Positions 9,045 through 19,371 of a DNA stretch of 64,000 bases are shown in pieces (the first letter of the stretch is position 1; every line of letters begins with the position of its first letter). This DNA is from Bryobacterales bacterium (lineage in GTDB: Bacteria; Acidobacteriota; Terriglobia; Bryobacterales; UBA6623), in assembly GCA_965216545.1 (NCBI GenBank), contig OZ244172.1, positions 4,841,997 through 4,905,996 of the forward strand, in the 5' to 3' direction. A program made the translations under genes and the position numbers. The notes beneath the pieces were generated by a model, which did no database searches, was not told the DNA's origin, and was given only the letters and a program-made list of their open reading frames with translations.

Positions 9045-10031
9045 ATGGATCGTCGCAGATTTGTTGGGCGTTCGATCGCGGGCGGCGCTCTGGCAGCAGC
9101 CGGCGCCGCGGCTCAGGCGCCCAGTCAACAGGGGTCGGAACCGGGCGGCGCCGGATCGACGGATTGGGCCGCCCCCGAGATCTTCATCGAGCGCAAACGC
9201 AGCGGGAAGCCACACCGCGGCAAGACCCTCGCTGCCATCCAGCCGCATACCGACGACATCCCAATCTACGCCGGCGGAACAGTCCTCAAGCTCCTCGACG
9301 AGGGCTATTCGGGGGTGCTCATCAACCTGTCCAATGACGAGATGGCTGGCCGCGGCGATACCGTGGGCGAGGTCATCCTGAACAACGAGCGCGACACGCG
9401 CGAAGCGGCCCGGAGGTTGGGACTCGAGGAAGTCGAGTTCCTCGGCTATCGCAATCACCTCATGGACGGCGCCCAGATGCTCGAGATGCGCGCCCGGCTG
9501 ATCTTCCTGTTTCGTCTCCACAAGATCGACACGATTCTCGTATACGATCCGTCTGGCCTCTACGAGCGCAATCCCGACCACTACGTCACCGCGAAGGCGG
9601 TCGAGGCGGCGGCCTGGATGGCCGGCTCGCGCTGGGACTATCCAGAGCACTTCAAGGCCGGCCTCGAGCCCCACGCCGTCACCGAGCGTTACTACTTCTC
9701 GAGGGGGCCTCAGCTCACCAACCGTGTCGTCGATGTCAGCGACTACATTGACCAGAAAGCTAGAGTCAACGTCGCCAACGCGACCCAGGGCCCGGCGGGG
9801 AACACGGGCTCACGGCTGCGCGCCCGACTCGCCGAGCAGGGCAAGCGTCTGCCTTTGCTTGGCGAAGACGACGCGACAGCCGACTTCGAATACGCGAAGC
9901 ACATCGCGCTTCGACGTGACCGCGAGAGAGGATTGCGCCACGGCCTCGAGTACGGCGAGTACTTCCACTACATCGGTCCGCCGGCGTCCTACGCCGAAGA
10001 GTACGTCGCTGCGAACGCTGAGGCTCTCTAG
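9045..10031 (+). CDS. PIG-L (LmbE-like) family deacetylase, Tat-exported
   Basis: MDRRRFVGRSIAGGALAAAGAAAQA is a Tat signal. AIQPHTDDIPIYAGGTVLKL matches the PIG-L AHPDD-type motif. GAGGAG lies upstream of the ATG. Confidence 0.8.
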   Translation: MDRRRFVGRSIAGGALAAAGAAAQAPSQQGSEPGGAGSTDWAAPEIFIERKRSGKPHRGKTLAAIQPHTDDIPIYAGGTVLKLLDEGYSGVLINLSNDEMAGRGDTVGEVILNNERDTREAARRLGLEEVEFLGYRNHLMDGAQMLEMRARLIFLFRLHKIDTILVYDPSGLYERNPDHYVTAKAVEAAAWMAGSRWDYPEHFKAGLEPHAVTERYYFSRGPQLTNRVVDVSDYIDQKARVNVANATQGPAGNTGSRLRARLAEQGKRLPLLGEDDATADFEYAKHIALRRDRERGLRHGLEYGEYFHYIGPPASYAEEYVAANAEAL

Positions 10032-10285
10032 TTCAACGTGCCGGGTCTAAACCCGTATTTCCGGCCTTCCGGCGGCGGCAACGTGCGGATGGTGCGCTCA
10101 GTCAGCTTCATCGCGCCCGCAGGGCCGCACAAGTCCGGTCCCTGCGCGAGCCAGGGCCCCACTCAGGGCGCCACTTGTCACGCAAACGGTTGTCCGCCTT
10201 GACTGCGGCTGTCCCCGGTCGAGGCAGACCTTCGCTTAGAGCATTGATTTCTAGGGGCTTAAGGGCTATCCCGCTGAAGGGAGAG

Positions 10286-10361
10286 TGGTGAGCGCGCAGG
10301 GAATCGAACCCCGAACCTAGTGATTAAGAGTCACTTGCTCTGCCAATTGAGCTACGCGCCC
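10286..10361 (-). tRNA. tRNA-Lys (anticodon CTT), CCA encoded
   Basis: Reverse complement folds as a 76-nt cloverleaf: GGGCGCG TA GCTC AATTGGC AGAGC A AGTGA CTCTTAA TCACT AGGTT CGGGG TTCGATT CCCTG CGCGCTC A CCA. Confidence 0.93.
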
Positions 10362-10420
10362 GAGAACTTTCACGATACCAGCCGCGGCGGCGGCGTACAA
10401 CCCCGCCAGGCGCCCGGCCC

Positions 10421-11356
10421 TTACGCGTCCGCTTGATCCGCCGGAGCGTCGTAGCGCGGCATCAGGCTCCCCAGCGCTAAGGTGGCGATCTCCACCAAAA
10501 GAGTGCACAGCCGGATCCCCACCGCCAGGGTGAACGCCGGGCCGGTTGGCAACACACGGCTCAGTAACAGCCCCAGCGCGCCCTCGCGAATCCCCATCCC
10601 GCCGGGCGCGATCATGGTGAGCGTACCCACCAGCCAGGCCACCGTATAGCTCGACCCGATGTAGGTCGACGCGCCTTCCGGAGCTCGCAGCACGCCGTTG
10701 ACGAACAAGACCACGCCGGCCGCGAACAGCAGCCACCCGGCAACGTAGAGAGCCCAAATTCCGAGCAACGACCTCCACGGAAGCTCGAGCGGCGTCCAAC
10801 TCTGCCCCAGCCGCTTCGCCAAAAAGCCCGCCCACCAATTCAGCAGCTTCGGATGCACGAACAGAACCGACACCGCCGGGAACGCGAACAGGACGACCCG
10901 GTGGTAGGCTCTGAACTCGGCGAAGGCCTGTTGCAACGTCCACGACGCGGGAACCAACGACGCCAGCGTGGCGAGAAACAAGTCGAGAATCGTCGCCGCC
11001 AGGCACGCGCCGGCGGAGACGTTCCACTGCTTGAGCAAATACACCCGGCTGACGAACTGCCACACGCCGCCGGGCACATAGCGGCTCAGCTCCGCCTTGC
11101 GGCACATGCGGAACACCGCCGGAAAGGGCGCCTCGCTGCCGAAGCCCCTCAGGATCACATTCCAGCCGTAGGGCCGGAAGACGTACCAAGCGCCGCAGAG
11201 GACGAACGACGCGGCGAGGTAGGCCGGCCGGACGCTCCACTCGGCGGCGCGCACCTGCTCCCAGTTCTCGAGAATCACTCGCCCGACGAAGAAAGCGACG
11301 ACGAGCGGAACGAGGAATTTTGCGATACGCGCCGCGCGGTGAGCCACGCTACTCAA
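10421..11356 (-). CDS. flippase-like / lysylphosphatidylglycerol-synthase TM-domain (UPF0104) membrane protein
   Basis: Polytopic membrane protein with the APGGMGIREGALGLLL motif typical of the family. Overlaps the upstream GT2 gene by 8 nt. Confidence 0.75.
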   Translation of the reverse strand: MSSVAHRAARIAKFLVPLVVAFFVGRVILENWEQVRAAEWSVRPAYLAASFVLCGAWYVFRPYGWNVILRGFGSEAPFPAVFRMCRKAELSRYVPGGVWQFVSRVYLLKQWNVSAGACLAATILDLFLATLASLVPASWTLQQAFAEFRAYHRVVLFAFPAVSVLFVHPKLLNWWAGFLAKRLGQSWTPLELPWRSLLGIWALYVAGWLLFAAGVVLFVNGVLRAPEGASTYIGSSYTVAWLVGTLTMIAPGGMGIREGALGLLLSRVLPTGPAFTLAVGIRLCTLLVEIATLALGSLMPRYDAPADQADA

Positions 11357-12332
11357 ATCGCTCCTCGACGGCGTACTGCACCGCGGGCTCGGCGCTCAGC
11401 GGCGCCCGAATCGCCACCTCGGCCACCCACCCGGCGCTCATCAAGACCACGGCGGTCAGCGCGAAGAACAGCGACTTCAGACCCATCACCCACCCCACCC
11501 ACTGCGTCTCGAAGTAGCGGTCGCCCAGGTGTATGTCGAAGCCGCACAAGAACGGCAGCGCCGCCAGCGCCGCGACGACGCTCAATGCAAAGCACGCCAG
11601 CGCCGCCCAACCGAAGCCGTGCGCCGGGCGGCTCCGGTAGCTGGTCAGCAGCAGCACCGTGATCAGATCGACGAAGCCCTTGAACAAACGGCTCACGCCA
11701 TACTTCGAGCGCCCATGGCGGCGCGCGTGGTGGGTGACCTCGATCTCGCCGATGCGGTAGCCTTCCGCCGCCGCCAGCGCGGGGATGAAGCGGTGCAGCT
11801 CGCCGTAGATGCGCACCGCCCTCGCCACTTCGCCGCGGTAGAGCTTGAAGCCGCAGTTCATGTCGTGCAGATCGACGCGGGTGAGCTTGCGCACCACGAA
11901 GTTGAAGATGCGGCTGGCGACGACCTTGTTGAGCGGGTCGTGCCGTCTACGCTTGTACCCGGCGATGAGGTCGTAGCCCTCGTCGAGCTTGGCGAGAAAG
12001 CGCGGGATCTCGGCCGGGTCGTCCTGCAGATCGCCGTCCATGGTGAAGACAAGATCGCCGCGCGCAGCCTCGAAGCCCGCCATCAGCGCCGCCGCCTTGC
12101 CGAAGTTGCGCCGGAAGCGAATGGCGCGCACCACGCCCGGCCGCGCCGCGCGGCCGATCGCCTCCCAGGTGCTGTCGGTCGAGCCGTCGTCGATGAAGAC
12201 GACCTCGTAGGCGTGTTGGAGTTGTTCGCCGATGCGCCGCGCCAGCTCCTCCACATCCGCCTCTTCGTTGTGAACCGGAATCACGACGGAGACTTGCGGG
12301 AGCGGATCCGACATACGGCGCGGGCCAGACAC
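11349..12332 (-). CDS. family 2 glycosyltransferase (polyprenyl-phosphate sugar transferase type, C-terminal TM helices)
   Basis: VSVVIPVHNEEADVEEL...YEVVFIDDGSTDSTW...FTMDGDLQDDP, with two C-terminal TM segments. Confidence 0.9.
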   Translation of the reverse strand: MSGPRRMSDPLPQVSVVIPVHNEEADVEELARRIGEQLQHAYEVVFIDDGSTDSTWEAIGRAARPGVVRAIRFRRNFGKAAALMAGFEAARGDLVFTMDGDLQDDPAEIPRFLAKLDEGYDLIAGYKRRRHDPLNKVVASRIFNFVVRKLTRVDLHDMNCGFKLYRGEVARAVRIYGELHRFIPALAAAEGYRIGEIEVTHHARRHGRSKYGVSRLFKGFVDLITVLLLTSYRSRPAHGFGWAALACFALSVVAALAALPFLCGFDIHLGDRYFETQWVGWVMGLKSLFFALTAVVLMSAGWVAEVAIRAPLSAEPAVQYAVEERFE

Positions 12333-12427
12333 CGAGTGTAACGTAGCAGGGCCTTCTACGCCCTTTCGCTAAGGCCAAATTCAGCGAAACCCGTTAGGGG
12401 CGAGCCCGCGTCTATGGGTGGTAGAAT

Positions 12428-13399
12428 ATGGCCAAGAGCCTGAAAAATCACGAGGTACTACCAGTGCTGAGCTCCAATCGAAACGTCCGCGCCCCGCGCA
12501 CCCTCACGGGGCGCTCGGGCCAATCCGCAGTCCCCCCCGTTGCGATCGTCCTGCTGGTGCTGATCGCGGTGCTGATCGGGGCCACAGTCTATCTCTATCT
12601 CGAGATCAACAACACGCGCCAGGAGTTCGCCGAGCGCATCCAAGGCTTCGAAGAGCAGATCGCCCAGCTCGAGGGCAACGTCAACCGCACCTCGCGCGTG
12701 ATCGACGACAGCGTCGCCGACGTCAAGACGCTGGTCGAGTCCGCCGAGAAGACGATCGACGAGAAGGCCCAAAAGGTCGAACAGCGCGTGCTGGGCCGCA
12801 CCAACACGCTGGCCAAGGAGCTCGAGCAGACCAAGGCGCAGCAGCAAGCCGGCTTCCAGGACGTCGGCGGCAAGATCTCCGAGCTCAACGAGGTTGCCAG
12901 CTCCACCCAGAGCGAGGTTGGCCAGCTCACCGGCCGCGTGGAAGGCGTCAAGCAAGATCTCGACGAAACCGCCAAAACGCTCGAGCAGACGATCGCCGAT
13001 CTCAAGTCGGTACGGGGCGACCTGGGCGTACAGAGCGGGCTGATCGCCACCAACTCCGGCGAGCTCGACGCGCTCAAACGCTTGGGGCAGCGCAACTACT
13101 ACGAGTTCGACATCGGCAAGAGCAAAAACGCAACCCGTGTGGGGCGGATTCAAGTGCGCCTGCGCGACACCAACGAGAAGAAGAGCCGCTTCAACCTCGA
13201 CGTTCTGGCCGACGACAAAACGATTTCGAAGAAGAACAAGACGCTGCTCGAGCCCATCCAGTTCTACGTGATGGGAGTCAAGCAGCCCTACGAGATCGTG
13301 GTCAACAAGCTGTCGAAGAATCGCATCGTCGGCTACCTGGCGACTCCGCTCGACGACGAGCCCAACCGCCAGTCAGTCGCTGAGAAATCGTCGGAATAG
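12428..13399 (+). CDS. membrane-anchored coiled-coil protein, hypothetical
   Basis: A single TM helix (VAIVLLVLIAVLIGATVYLYL) is followed by about 170 aa of heptad-like E/Q/K-rich sequence and a globular C-terminus. Confidence 0.7.
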   Translation: MAKSLKNHEVLPVLSSNRNVRAPRTLTGRSGQSAVPPVAIVLLVLIAVLIGATVYLYLEINNTRQEFAERIQGFEEQIAQLEGNVNRTSRVIDDSVADVKTLVESAEKTIDEKAQKVEQRVLGRTNTLAKELEQTKAQQQAGFQDVGGKISELNEVASSTQSEVGQLTGRVEGVKQDLDETAKTLEQTIADLKSVRGDLGVQSGLIATNSGELDALKRLGQRNYYEFDIGKSKNATRVGRIQVRLRDTNEKKSRFNLDVLADDKTISKKNKTLLEPIQFYVMGVKQPYEIVVNKLSKNRIVGYLATPLDDEPNRQSVAEKSSE

Positions 13400-13742
13400 G
13401 TTCTCTCCCTCATGCAGAACCGCGAAGGCGGCGTGCGAGCCCTGGCGCATGCCGCCTTCTTGTTTGCGATTCCGGCAGCGCCCGCTCGGCGCCGTTCGGC
13501 CGCAAGCTAGGGCGGGTTCACACTCTTGGGCGCCAAGGGCGCCCGGCAAGGATAGAGCCACGGGTATAACCCGTGGACCTGGGGAGGCCCCGCTTCTGCG
13601 GGCGCCCTGCAAGGGGCGCAGCTCAGCCGCGGCCAGGCCCTTGTCAGGGCCGATCCGGAGGGGCGCCATTCGATTCGCCGAGCGCGGCACCCGAGGCTTT
13701 CTGCCACGCGCCTACCGGCGCAAGCGCTGACCTCTGGCGTCG

Positions 13743-15071
13743 TCACCTTGAACGAACGGATTGGAGCCAGGCGTCGAAGCGCTGGGTCATGCGGCGGAGG
13801 ATCTCGGGATGCTTGGCGGCGAGGTTACGGCGCTCGGCGTAGTCGGCGGTGAGGTCGTAGAGCTCGACGGGGGCGTTGGGGGCCGGCTGGACGGTCTTCC
13901 AGCGGCCTTGGCGCATACCGCTGGAGCCGCGGTAGCGGAAGAAGATCGCGTCGTGCAGGGAGTGGGCTTCGCCGCGCAGGACGGGCAGCGGGTCGCGGCC
14001 GTCGATGATACGATTCGCGGGTGGTTCGGCCTCCGCGGCATGCAGGGCGAGGACGAAGAGATCCATGTTGGTGATCGGCTCACGGCAGACAGTTCCGGCG
14101 GAGATGCGGCCGGGCCAGCGGAGAATGCAGGCTGTGCGGACGCCGCCCTCGTAAGTGGTCGTGCGCCCGCCGCGGAAGGGGCCGTTGTCGGCGACTTCGA
14201 GCGGCGGGCGGCTGGGTTCGACCTTGCCGCCGTTGTCGGAGGCGAGCATGACGAGGGTGTTGCCGCGTAGCTCGAGCGCGTCGAGCTTGGCCAGGATGCG
14301 GCCGATGGCGGCGTCGAGGGCGGACAGGACGGCATGGTAGCCGTGCTCGTCGACGCCGTCATCGGGCTGGTAGCCGTAGAGGCTGAAGAGCTCAGCAGGG
14401 GCCTGCCAGCGCAGCGGCTCGCCGGGCTTCTTGTTCTTGGGGTTGGGGACGTGCGCGGCATTGAAGGGGACGTAGGCGAAGAAGCGCTTGTCGCGGTTGC
14501 GCTCGATGAAGTCGCAGGCGGCGTCGGCAAAGAGGTCGGTCGTGTAACCCTCGAGGTGCGCGGGCTCGGTCCCGCGGAAGAGGTCGTGGCGGGCGTTGTA
14601 GGAGTACGTGTAGTAGTCGCAATTGCCGGAGCGACAGCCGAGGTACTCGTCGAAGCCGCGCTCGGTGGGACGGCTGCCTGCGGCCCACCCGAGGTTCCAT
14701 TTGCCGAAGGCGCCGGTCGCATAGCCTGCTTGCTGGAGCAGTTGCGGCAGCAAGATCTCGCTGTGCGGCAGGCCGACGCCGCTCCAATTCTCGGGCGCGG
14801 CGAGTTGGTGGGTGAGGCCGTTGCGTTCGGGGTAGCGGCCGGTGAGCAAGGCGCCTCGCGACGGCGTGCAGGACGAGGTCGGGATGTAGAAGTCGGTGAG
14901 GCGGACGCCTTCGCGCGCCAGCCGGTCCATGTTTGGCGTGCGGATGACGGGGTTGCCGTAGCTGCCGAGGTCGCCCCAGCCGACGTTGTCGATGTAGAGC
15001 AGGACGACGTTTGAGCTCTGGGCCGCAGCGGACACCGAGAGCAGGAAGAGGGCGAGCGCGACTCGCGACAT
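13743..15071 (-). CDS. arylsulfatase-family sulfatase (canonical Cys-type)
   Basis: ORF 13743..15152. The ATG at 15071 gives the signal MSRVALALFLLSVSAAAQS. LLYIDNVGWGDLGSYGN...SSCTPSRGALLTGRYP carries the CxPxR formylglycine motif. Confidence 0.9.
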   Translation of the reverse strand: MSRVALALFLLSVSAAAQSSNVVLLYIDNVGWGDLGSYGNPVIRTPNMDRLAREGVRLTDFYIPTSSCTPSRGALLTGRYPERNGLTHQLAAPENWSGVGLPHSEILLPQLLQQAGYATGAFGKWNLGWAAGSRPTERGFDEYLGCRSGNCDYYTYSYNARHDLFRGTEPAHLEGYTTDLFADAACDFIERNRDKRFFAYVPFNAAHVPNPKNKKPGEPLRWQAPAELFSLYGYQPDDGVDEHGYHAVLSALDAAIGRILAKLDALELRGNTLVMLASDNGGKVEPSRPPLEVADNGPFRGGRTTTYEGGVRTACILRWPGRISAGTVCREPITNMDLFVLALHAAEAEPPANRIIDGRDPLPVLRGEAHSLHDAIFFRYRGSSGMRQGRWKTVQPAPNAPVELYDLTADYAERRNLAAKHPEILRRMTQRFDAWLQSVRSR

Positions 15072-15127
15072 GCGGGCATTGTACTCGGACCCTAGCAGCC
15101 ATATCTCATCAGGAGCCGGCGGCAGGG

Positions 15128-18100
15128 CTAGTCCTCGCTCGGGCGTTGCCACGGCTTGTAGGCGGTGTCCTTGAGAAACGCGACCAGGTCCATGAGCTCC
15201 TGTTCGGAGAGTTGTTCGTCGAGCCCGGAGGGCATGATGGAGACCGTGCCTGGCCGGATCTCCTCGATGTCAGCCCGCGCGACGCGCACTTGCTCGTCGG
15301 GCCCGGAGGCAAGCAGCAAGTGGGTGTCCGACTCCTCGATCGGGACGCCGGAATAGATGTCGGTCGAGGTCACGGCTACGACGGGCTCGTAGCTGCGGAC
15401 GAAACTGAGGCTGGGGTAGAGAATCGATTCGAGCAAGTCGCGATCGGTGCGCGAGCGCCCGACGCTGCCGAGGAACGGGCCGATGGCGCCGCCTTGATAG
15501 CCGATTCTGTGGCAGGTCGCGCACGCGGCTTCAGCGCTGTTGAACACGGCCTGGCCGCGCACCGGGTCGCCGTTGTCGACTGAGGCGAGCAGTTGGTCGA
15601 TGCGTCTGCGCTGGGCGTCGCGGTCGAGCTCGCGCTCGGCGAGCAACTCACGGACGCGTTGCCCGACGGGCTCGGGGTAGTTGGCGACGGCGGCTTCGAG
15701 GATGTCGGCGCGCACGCTGCCTGCAGCGTCCAGCGAAGCGAGAAACTGCTGACCGAGCTCGAGACTCGAGCCCGCCGAGAAGGCTTGCACCAGGCTCGGC
15801 AGCTCCATCGGACCGACGTCGGGCAGGCGTGTGGTCAGGCGCAGAAGCTGATCTTCAGAGAGCTTGGCGACAGCAAGTGCGCGGGCGGCGGCGGAACGAA
15901 CCTCGCTGGGATGAGGCGGCGCGGCGTGCTCGGAGAGGAACTCGAACAGCTCGTCGGGCACGCCGGGCCGGCTCGCAATTGAGGACTGCGCGGCTTGGGC
16001 GCGCGTGAGCGACGGCAAGTCGGTGTTGCGGGCCGCCTCGAACAAGGCTGCGTCGAGAGCCGCATCGCCTTGCTCGGGCCGCCCGAGCGAGCGCGCCGCG
16101 GCGACCGCGGGGGCGATCGAGTCCGTCGCCAACGCGCTGACGATCGCCTCACGCCACGCCGCCGGCGTCTCATCGAGCGAGGCGTCCGCGATGACCTCGA
16201 GCGCCACCCGATTTCCAGCGGAAGCCTGAGCCGCCAACAAGGCTTGAATCTCGGCATGGCCGGCGAACTTCGCAAGCTGCGGCGTGACCGCACCGTCGTG
16301 CATGCGCGTGCGGAAGTATCCAACCAGCGCGCCTCCCCATTCGGCGTGGTTGCCCGCGATCCACTCGGCGGTTTCCGCGATGAGGGGCTCGTCGGAAGAG
16401 AGCAGTGGGACGATCTCGCGCGGGGTTACCGCGGCTGGCTCCATCTGATCCAAGGCGATGAGTGCGGCGCGGCGGGTTCGGAGATCGGGAGCGGCGAGCC
16501 CTTTCCTGGTTGCGTCGTCGTCGGCAATCTCGATCAGCGCATAGGTGAGCGAGTGCCGCAGAGCCTCGTCGCCGGTCGCGGTTGCCGCGAGCAACGCCGG
16601 AACAGCCCGAGAATCGCCGATCCTGCCCAGCGCTTCGGCGGCGGCGCGTTGAATCGGGGCGGGGCCGGAGCGCAGTTGACCCAGCACGGCGTCGAGCGCG
16701 GCCTCGTCGCGCCAAACGCTCACCGAGTGCAGCGCCGCATGGCGGACCGCTGCTGACGGATCGTCCAGCCTGGCGCGCACGCCTTCGCGCGCCTGCTCGC
16801 CCTCGATGCGCGTCAAGGCCCAGACGGCGTGCGGGCCGCGGGCGTCGAGCAGTGCGTCGACGCCGCCGCGCGGCAGCAGCCGCAGGGCGCGGCGGCGGAC
16901 GGCGGGTCGAGGGTCTTCGAGCAGCGCGGATGTCGGGCGCGTCCAGTCGAGCTCTTCGCCGCGCGGGTTCTCCGGGCCCGCTGCGCCGCTGCGCCGGACG
17001 CGGTAGATCGCCCCCAGCACCTCCGGCTTGGCCAACTGCGACGACGGGCAACAGATCTTGTACCAGGCGCCGGTGTCGACAACCAACAGGCTGCCATCAG
17101 CGTCTTCCATTACGTCGGTCGGATGGAAGTCGTAGCTGTCAGAAACCAAGAAATCGGAGTCTTCGGTCCGATACGTCGCGCCCTCTGGAATTAACTCGTG
17201 GCGCGAAACCCGCTGCATGTTGAACTGCGCCATGAAGAGGTTGCCAGCGAACGACTCGCCGAACACCGACGACTCGTAGCGCGCGAGCCCAACGGGCACG
17301 ACGGCGTCCATCTGGGTCATCACCGGGTTGTAGCCTCCGGTCATGGGGTGTCGATCGGTAACGCCGTGAACTTTGCCGTAGACGCCGCCATAGAGGGCGT
17401 GCAGCAGGCCGTCGCGGCGACCGTGGGTGGGGTGCTCGGTGAAGGTGGAGGTGAGGAAGCGCTCGCCTTCGTCGTTGAAGGCGACTTCAATGGGGTTGTC
17501 CATGCCGCCGGTGAGCACGGGCTCGATTGGGCCGCCCTCGGGGCGCCGGCGGAGGATGTGAGAGGCGCGGGTGACGAGCGGCGGTCGGCCAGGGCGCTGG
17601 TAGGTCTGCTCGGCGAAGGCGCCCTTGGTCCAGTAGATCCAGCCGTCGGGTCCGAGGTAGGGCCCATGCAGATCGTTGGCGCAACCGGTCAGAGTCTTAG
17701 CGTCGAACCAGACCTCGCGCTGGTCGGCGACGCCGTCGTCGTCGGTGTCGGTGAGCTTCCAGATTTGCGGCGGCGCGGCAACGTAGACCGAGCCGTCATG
17801 CCAGAGCACGCCTTCGGGCAGCATCATCTTGTCCGCGAAGACGGTGCGCCGGTCGTAGCGTCCGTCGCCGTCGGAGTCGACGAGTCGAAGAATGCTGTGC
17901 GGGCGCTCGCGCAGTTGATCCTCGACGCTGGCGGTCGAGCCGGAGGATTCGGCGACGTAGAGCCGCCCTTGCTCGTCCATGTCGATGATCATGGGGCGCT
18001 CGACCAGCGGCGGGCCGGCGGCGAGCTCGACTTCGAAGCCCTCCGGGACGGTGAGATTCCCGTGGCTGACCGGGCCCGAGCAGGAGCAGAGGGCGGCGCA

Positions 18101-18154
18101 GATCACTAGCGCGAACGTTCGAAGCGGCGGCACGGCTGAGGGGCATGCTAGCAC
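15128..18154 (-). CDS. PVC-type membrane-bound-dehydrogenase-like / HEAT-repeat / heme-binding CxxCH protein (lipoprotein)
   Basis: N-terminal beta-propeller region (PEGFEVELAAGPPLVERPMIIDMDEQGRLYVAESSG...DSDGDGRYD), central HEAT-like repeats, and a C-terminal CATCHRIGYQGGAIGPFL cytochrome c motif. Start assigned to GTG 18154 (alternative 18133), giving a lipobox-like LCSCSG. Confidence 0.85.
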   Translation of the reverse strand: MLACPSAVPPLRTFALVICAALCSCSGPVSHGNLTVPEGFEVELAAGPPLVERPMIIDMDEQGRLYVAESSGSTASVEDQLRERPHSILRLVDSDGDGRYDRRTVFADKMMLPEGVLWHDGSVYVAAPPQIWKLTDTDDDGVADQREVWFDAKTLTGCANDLHGPYLGPDGWIYWTKGAFAEQTYQRPGRPPLVTRASHILRRRPEGGPIEPVLTGGMDNPIEVAFNDEGERFLTSTFTEHPTHGRRDGLLHALYGGVYGKVHGVTDRHPMTGGYNPVMTQMDAVVPVGLARYESSVFGESFAGNLFMAQFNMQRVSRHELIPEGATYRTEDSDFLVSDSYDFHPTDVMEDADGSLLVVDTGAWYKICCPSSQLAKPEVLGAIYRVRRSGAAGPENPRGEELDWTRPTSALLEDPRPAVRRRALRLLPRGGVDALLDARGPHAVWALTRIEGEQAREGVRARLDDPSAAVRHAALHSVSVWRDEAALDAVLGQLRSGPAPIQRAAAEALGRIGDSRAVPALLAATATGDEALRHSLTYALIEIADDDATRKGLAAPDLRTRRAALIALDQMEPAAVTPREIVPLLSSDEPLIAETAEWIAGNHAEWGGALVGYFRTRMHDGAVTPQLAKFAGHAEIQALLAAQASAGNRVALEVIADASLDETPAAWREAIVSALATDSIAPAVAAARSLGRPEQGDAALDAALFEAARNTDLPSLTRAQAAQSSIASRPGVPDELFEFLSEHAAPPHPSEVRSAAARALAVAKLSEDQLLRLTTRLPDVGPMELPSLVQAFSAGSSLELGQQFLASLDAAGSVRADILEAAVANYPEPVGQRVRELLAERELDRDAQRRRIDQLLASVDNGDPVRGQAVFNSAEAACATCHRIGYQGGAIGPFLGSVGRSRTDRDLLESILYPSLSFVRSYEPVVAVTSTDIYSGVPIEESDTHLLLASGPDEQVRVARADIEEIRPGTVSIMPSGLDEQLSEQELMDLVAFLKDTAYKPWQRPSED

Positions 18155-18165
18155 GCCGCGCGGGC

Positions 18166-19086
18166 TCAGCGGTCCTTCGTCAAACCGAGCAAGGCGGCGG
18201 GGTTTCGCTTCGACATGAGATCGACTTGCTGCTGCGTGAAGCCGGCGGCAAGCAAGCGCTGGATGAAGGCCTTCATCCCGTCGGTGTGGATGGGATTCAT
18301 CGGCTGTCCGAGGTCGCTCGAGACGATTACATGCCCGGCGCCAACGGCGCGGATCGCCTCTACGTATGTCGCGAATTTCTCGCGCTCGCTGAGCTCCCAC
18401 ATCGGGTAACGCTCAAGCGCAGTCCCGAACGGATACTCGAGAAACGCGCCGAGCTCGGCGGCCTCGCGCTGCTGCTCGAGGGACATCGAGATCGGCGGCG
18501 GCAGCGGGTGCGTCACGATCATACGCTCGATCCCGCGCTCGATGGCTGCGCGGATCAGCAGCAGCGATTCCGCCGGGCTGGAGTGTCCGGTCGCGAGCGC
18601 GAGATCATGCTCTTTTACGGCGTCGAGCACCTCGAACACCTCCGGCAGGAGCTTCCCGTCCCGAGAGACCTTGATGAGATGCGGATTCGGCAAGGAGTTG
18701 CGGTGGTAGTGTTCGGAGTCGAACGTCGGCATCCAGACGACTTTCCCGTGGCCGCCGGTCGTGCGCGCCATGTGGCGCACCGCCTGCGCGTTCAGCCCGA
18801 TCGTCGAGTTGAGCGCGATGCCGCCATAGAGCTCGATGCCGGGGACGACGCGGGCGACCACGTTGGCCAGCGACGCCGTGTGGGTGTAATGGTTCTTGAA
18901 CAGCAGCGCACGCATTCCGTTGTCGCGCGCGAGGCGAGCAATCGCGATGGCGTCAATCGAGCGCGCGCCGCTGTCGGGAGCGCAATGAACATGCAGGTCC
19001 ACGACGCCTTCAAGGCTCGCGGGCGCGCCGCCATCGGGGCCGCACCAGGGGCAATCTTGGGCGACGGCGGCCGGCGCGCTCAGCAA
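18166..19086 (-). CDS. TIM-barrel metal-dependent hydrolase (DUF6282/amidohydrolase-like)
   Basis: VVDLHVHCAPDSGARSIDA...ATGHSSPAE...MIVTHP pattern. TTG start as in the track; the signal-like residues upstream have no standard start codon. Confidence 0.65.
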   Translation of the reverse strand: MLSAPAAVAQDCPWCGPDGGAPASLEGVVDLHVHCAPDSGARSIDAIAIARLARDNGMRALLFKNHYTHTASLANVVARVVPGIELYGGIALNSTIGLNAQAVRHMARTTGGHGKVVWMPTFDSEHYHRNSLPNPHLIKVSRDGKLLPEVFEVLDAVKEHDLALATGHSSPAESLLLIRAAIERGIERMIVTHPLPPPISMSLEQQREAAELGAFLEYPFGTALERYPMWELSEREKFATYVEAIRAVGAGHVIVSSDLGQPMNPIHTDGMKAFIQRLLAAGFTQQQVDLMSKRNPAALLGLTKDR

Positions 19087-19371
19087 AACGACGAGGCAGA
19101 GAAACTTGTCGATTCTATGATTCTAAAGGGGCGCGAAGAGGGCCGCAAGCGGCTAAAGAAGGGCCGGATTGCCGCAACCCGTTGATCGCAACGAAGTTCC
19201 CACAGGGGAACGTCAGGTTTCCATCTGACGGGCCTTACAAGTTGACGAAACCCTCCGTCCAACCATCACGGTTGACGACAAACTCGTGGACTTCAAAGCC
19301 CTGTGGAAACTCGCCAAAGTCCGGTTCGGAGCCCGAACCGAGCTCAGGCCTGTGCGATGCTGACCGCAGCC

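Noticed and set aside
13630-13670. SRP (4.5S) RNA-like motif TGTCAGGGCCGATCCGGAGG.
   Set aside because: It lacks the conserved GGAAGCAGCC helix-8 sequence and the symmetric loop context, so it is only a superficial resemblance.
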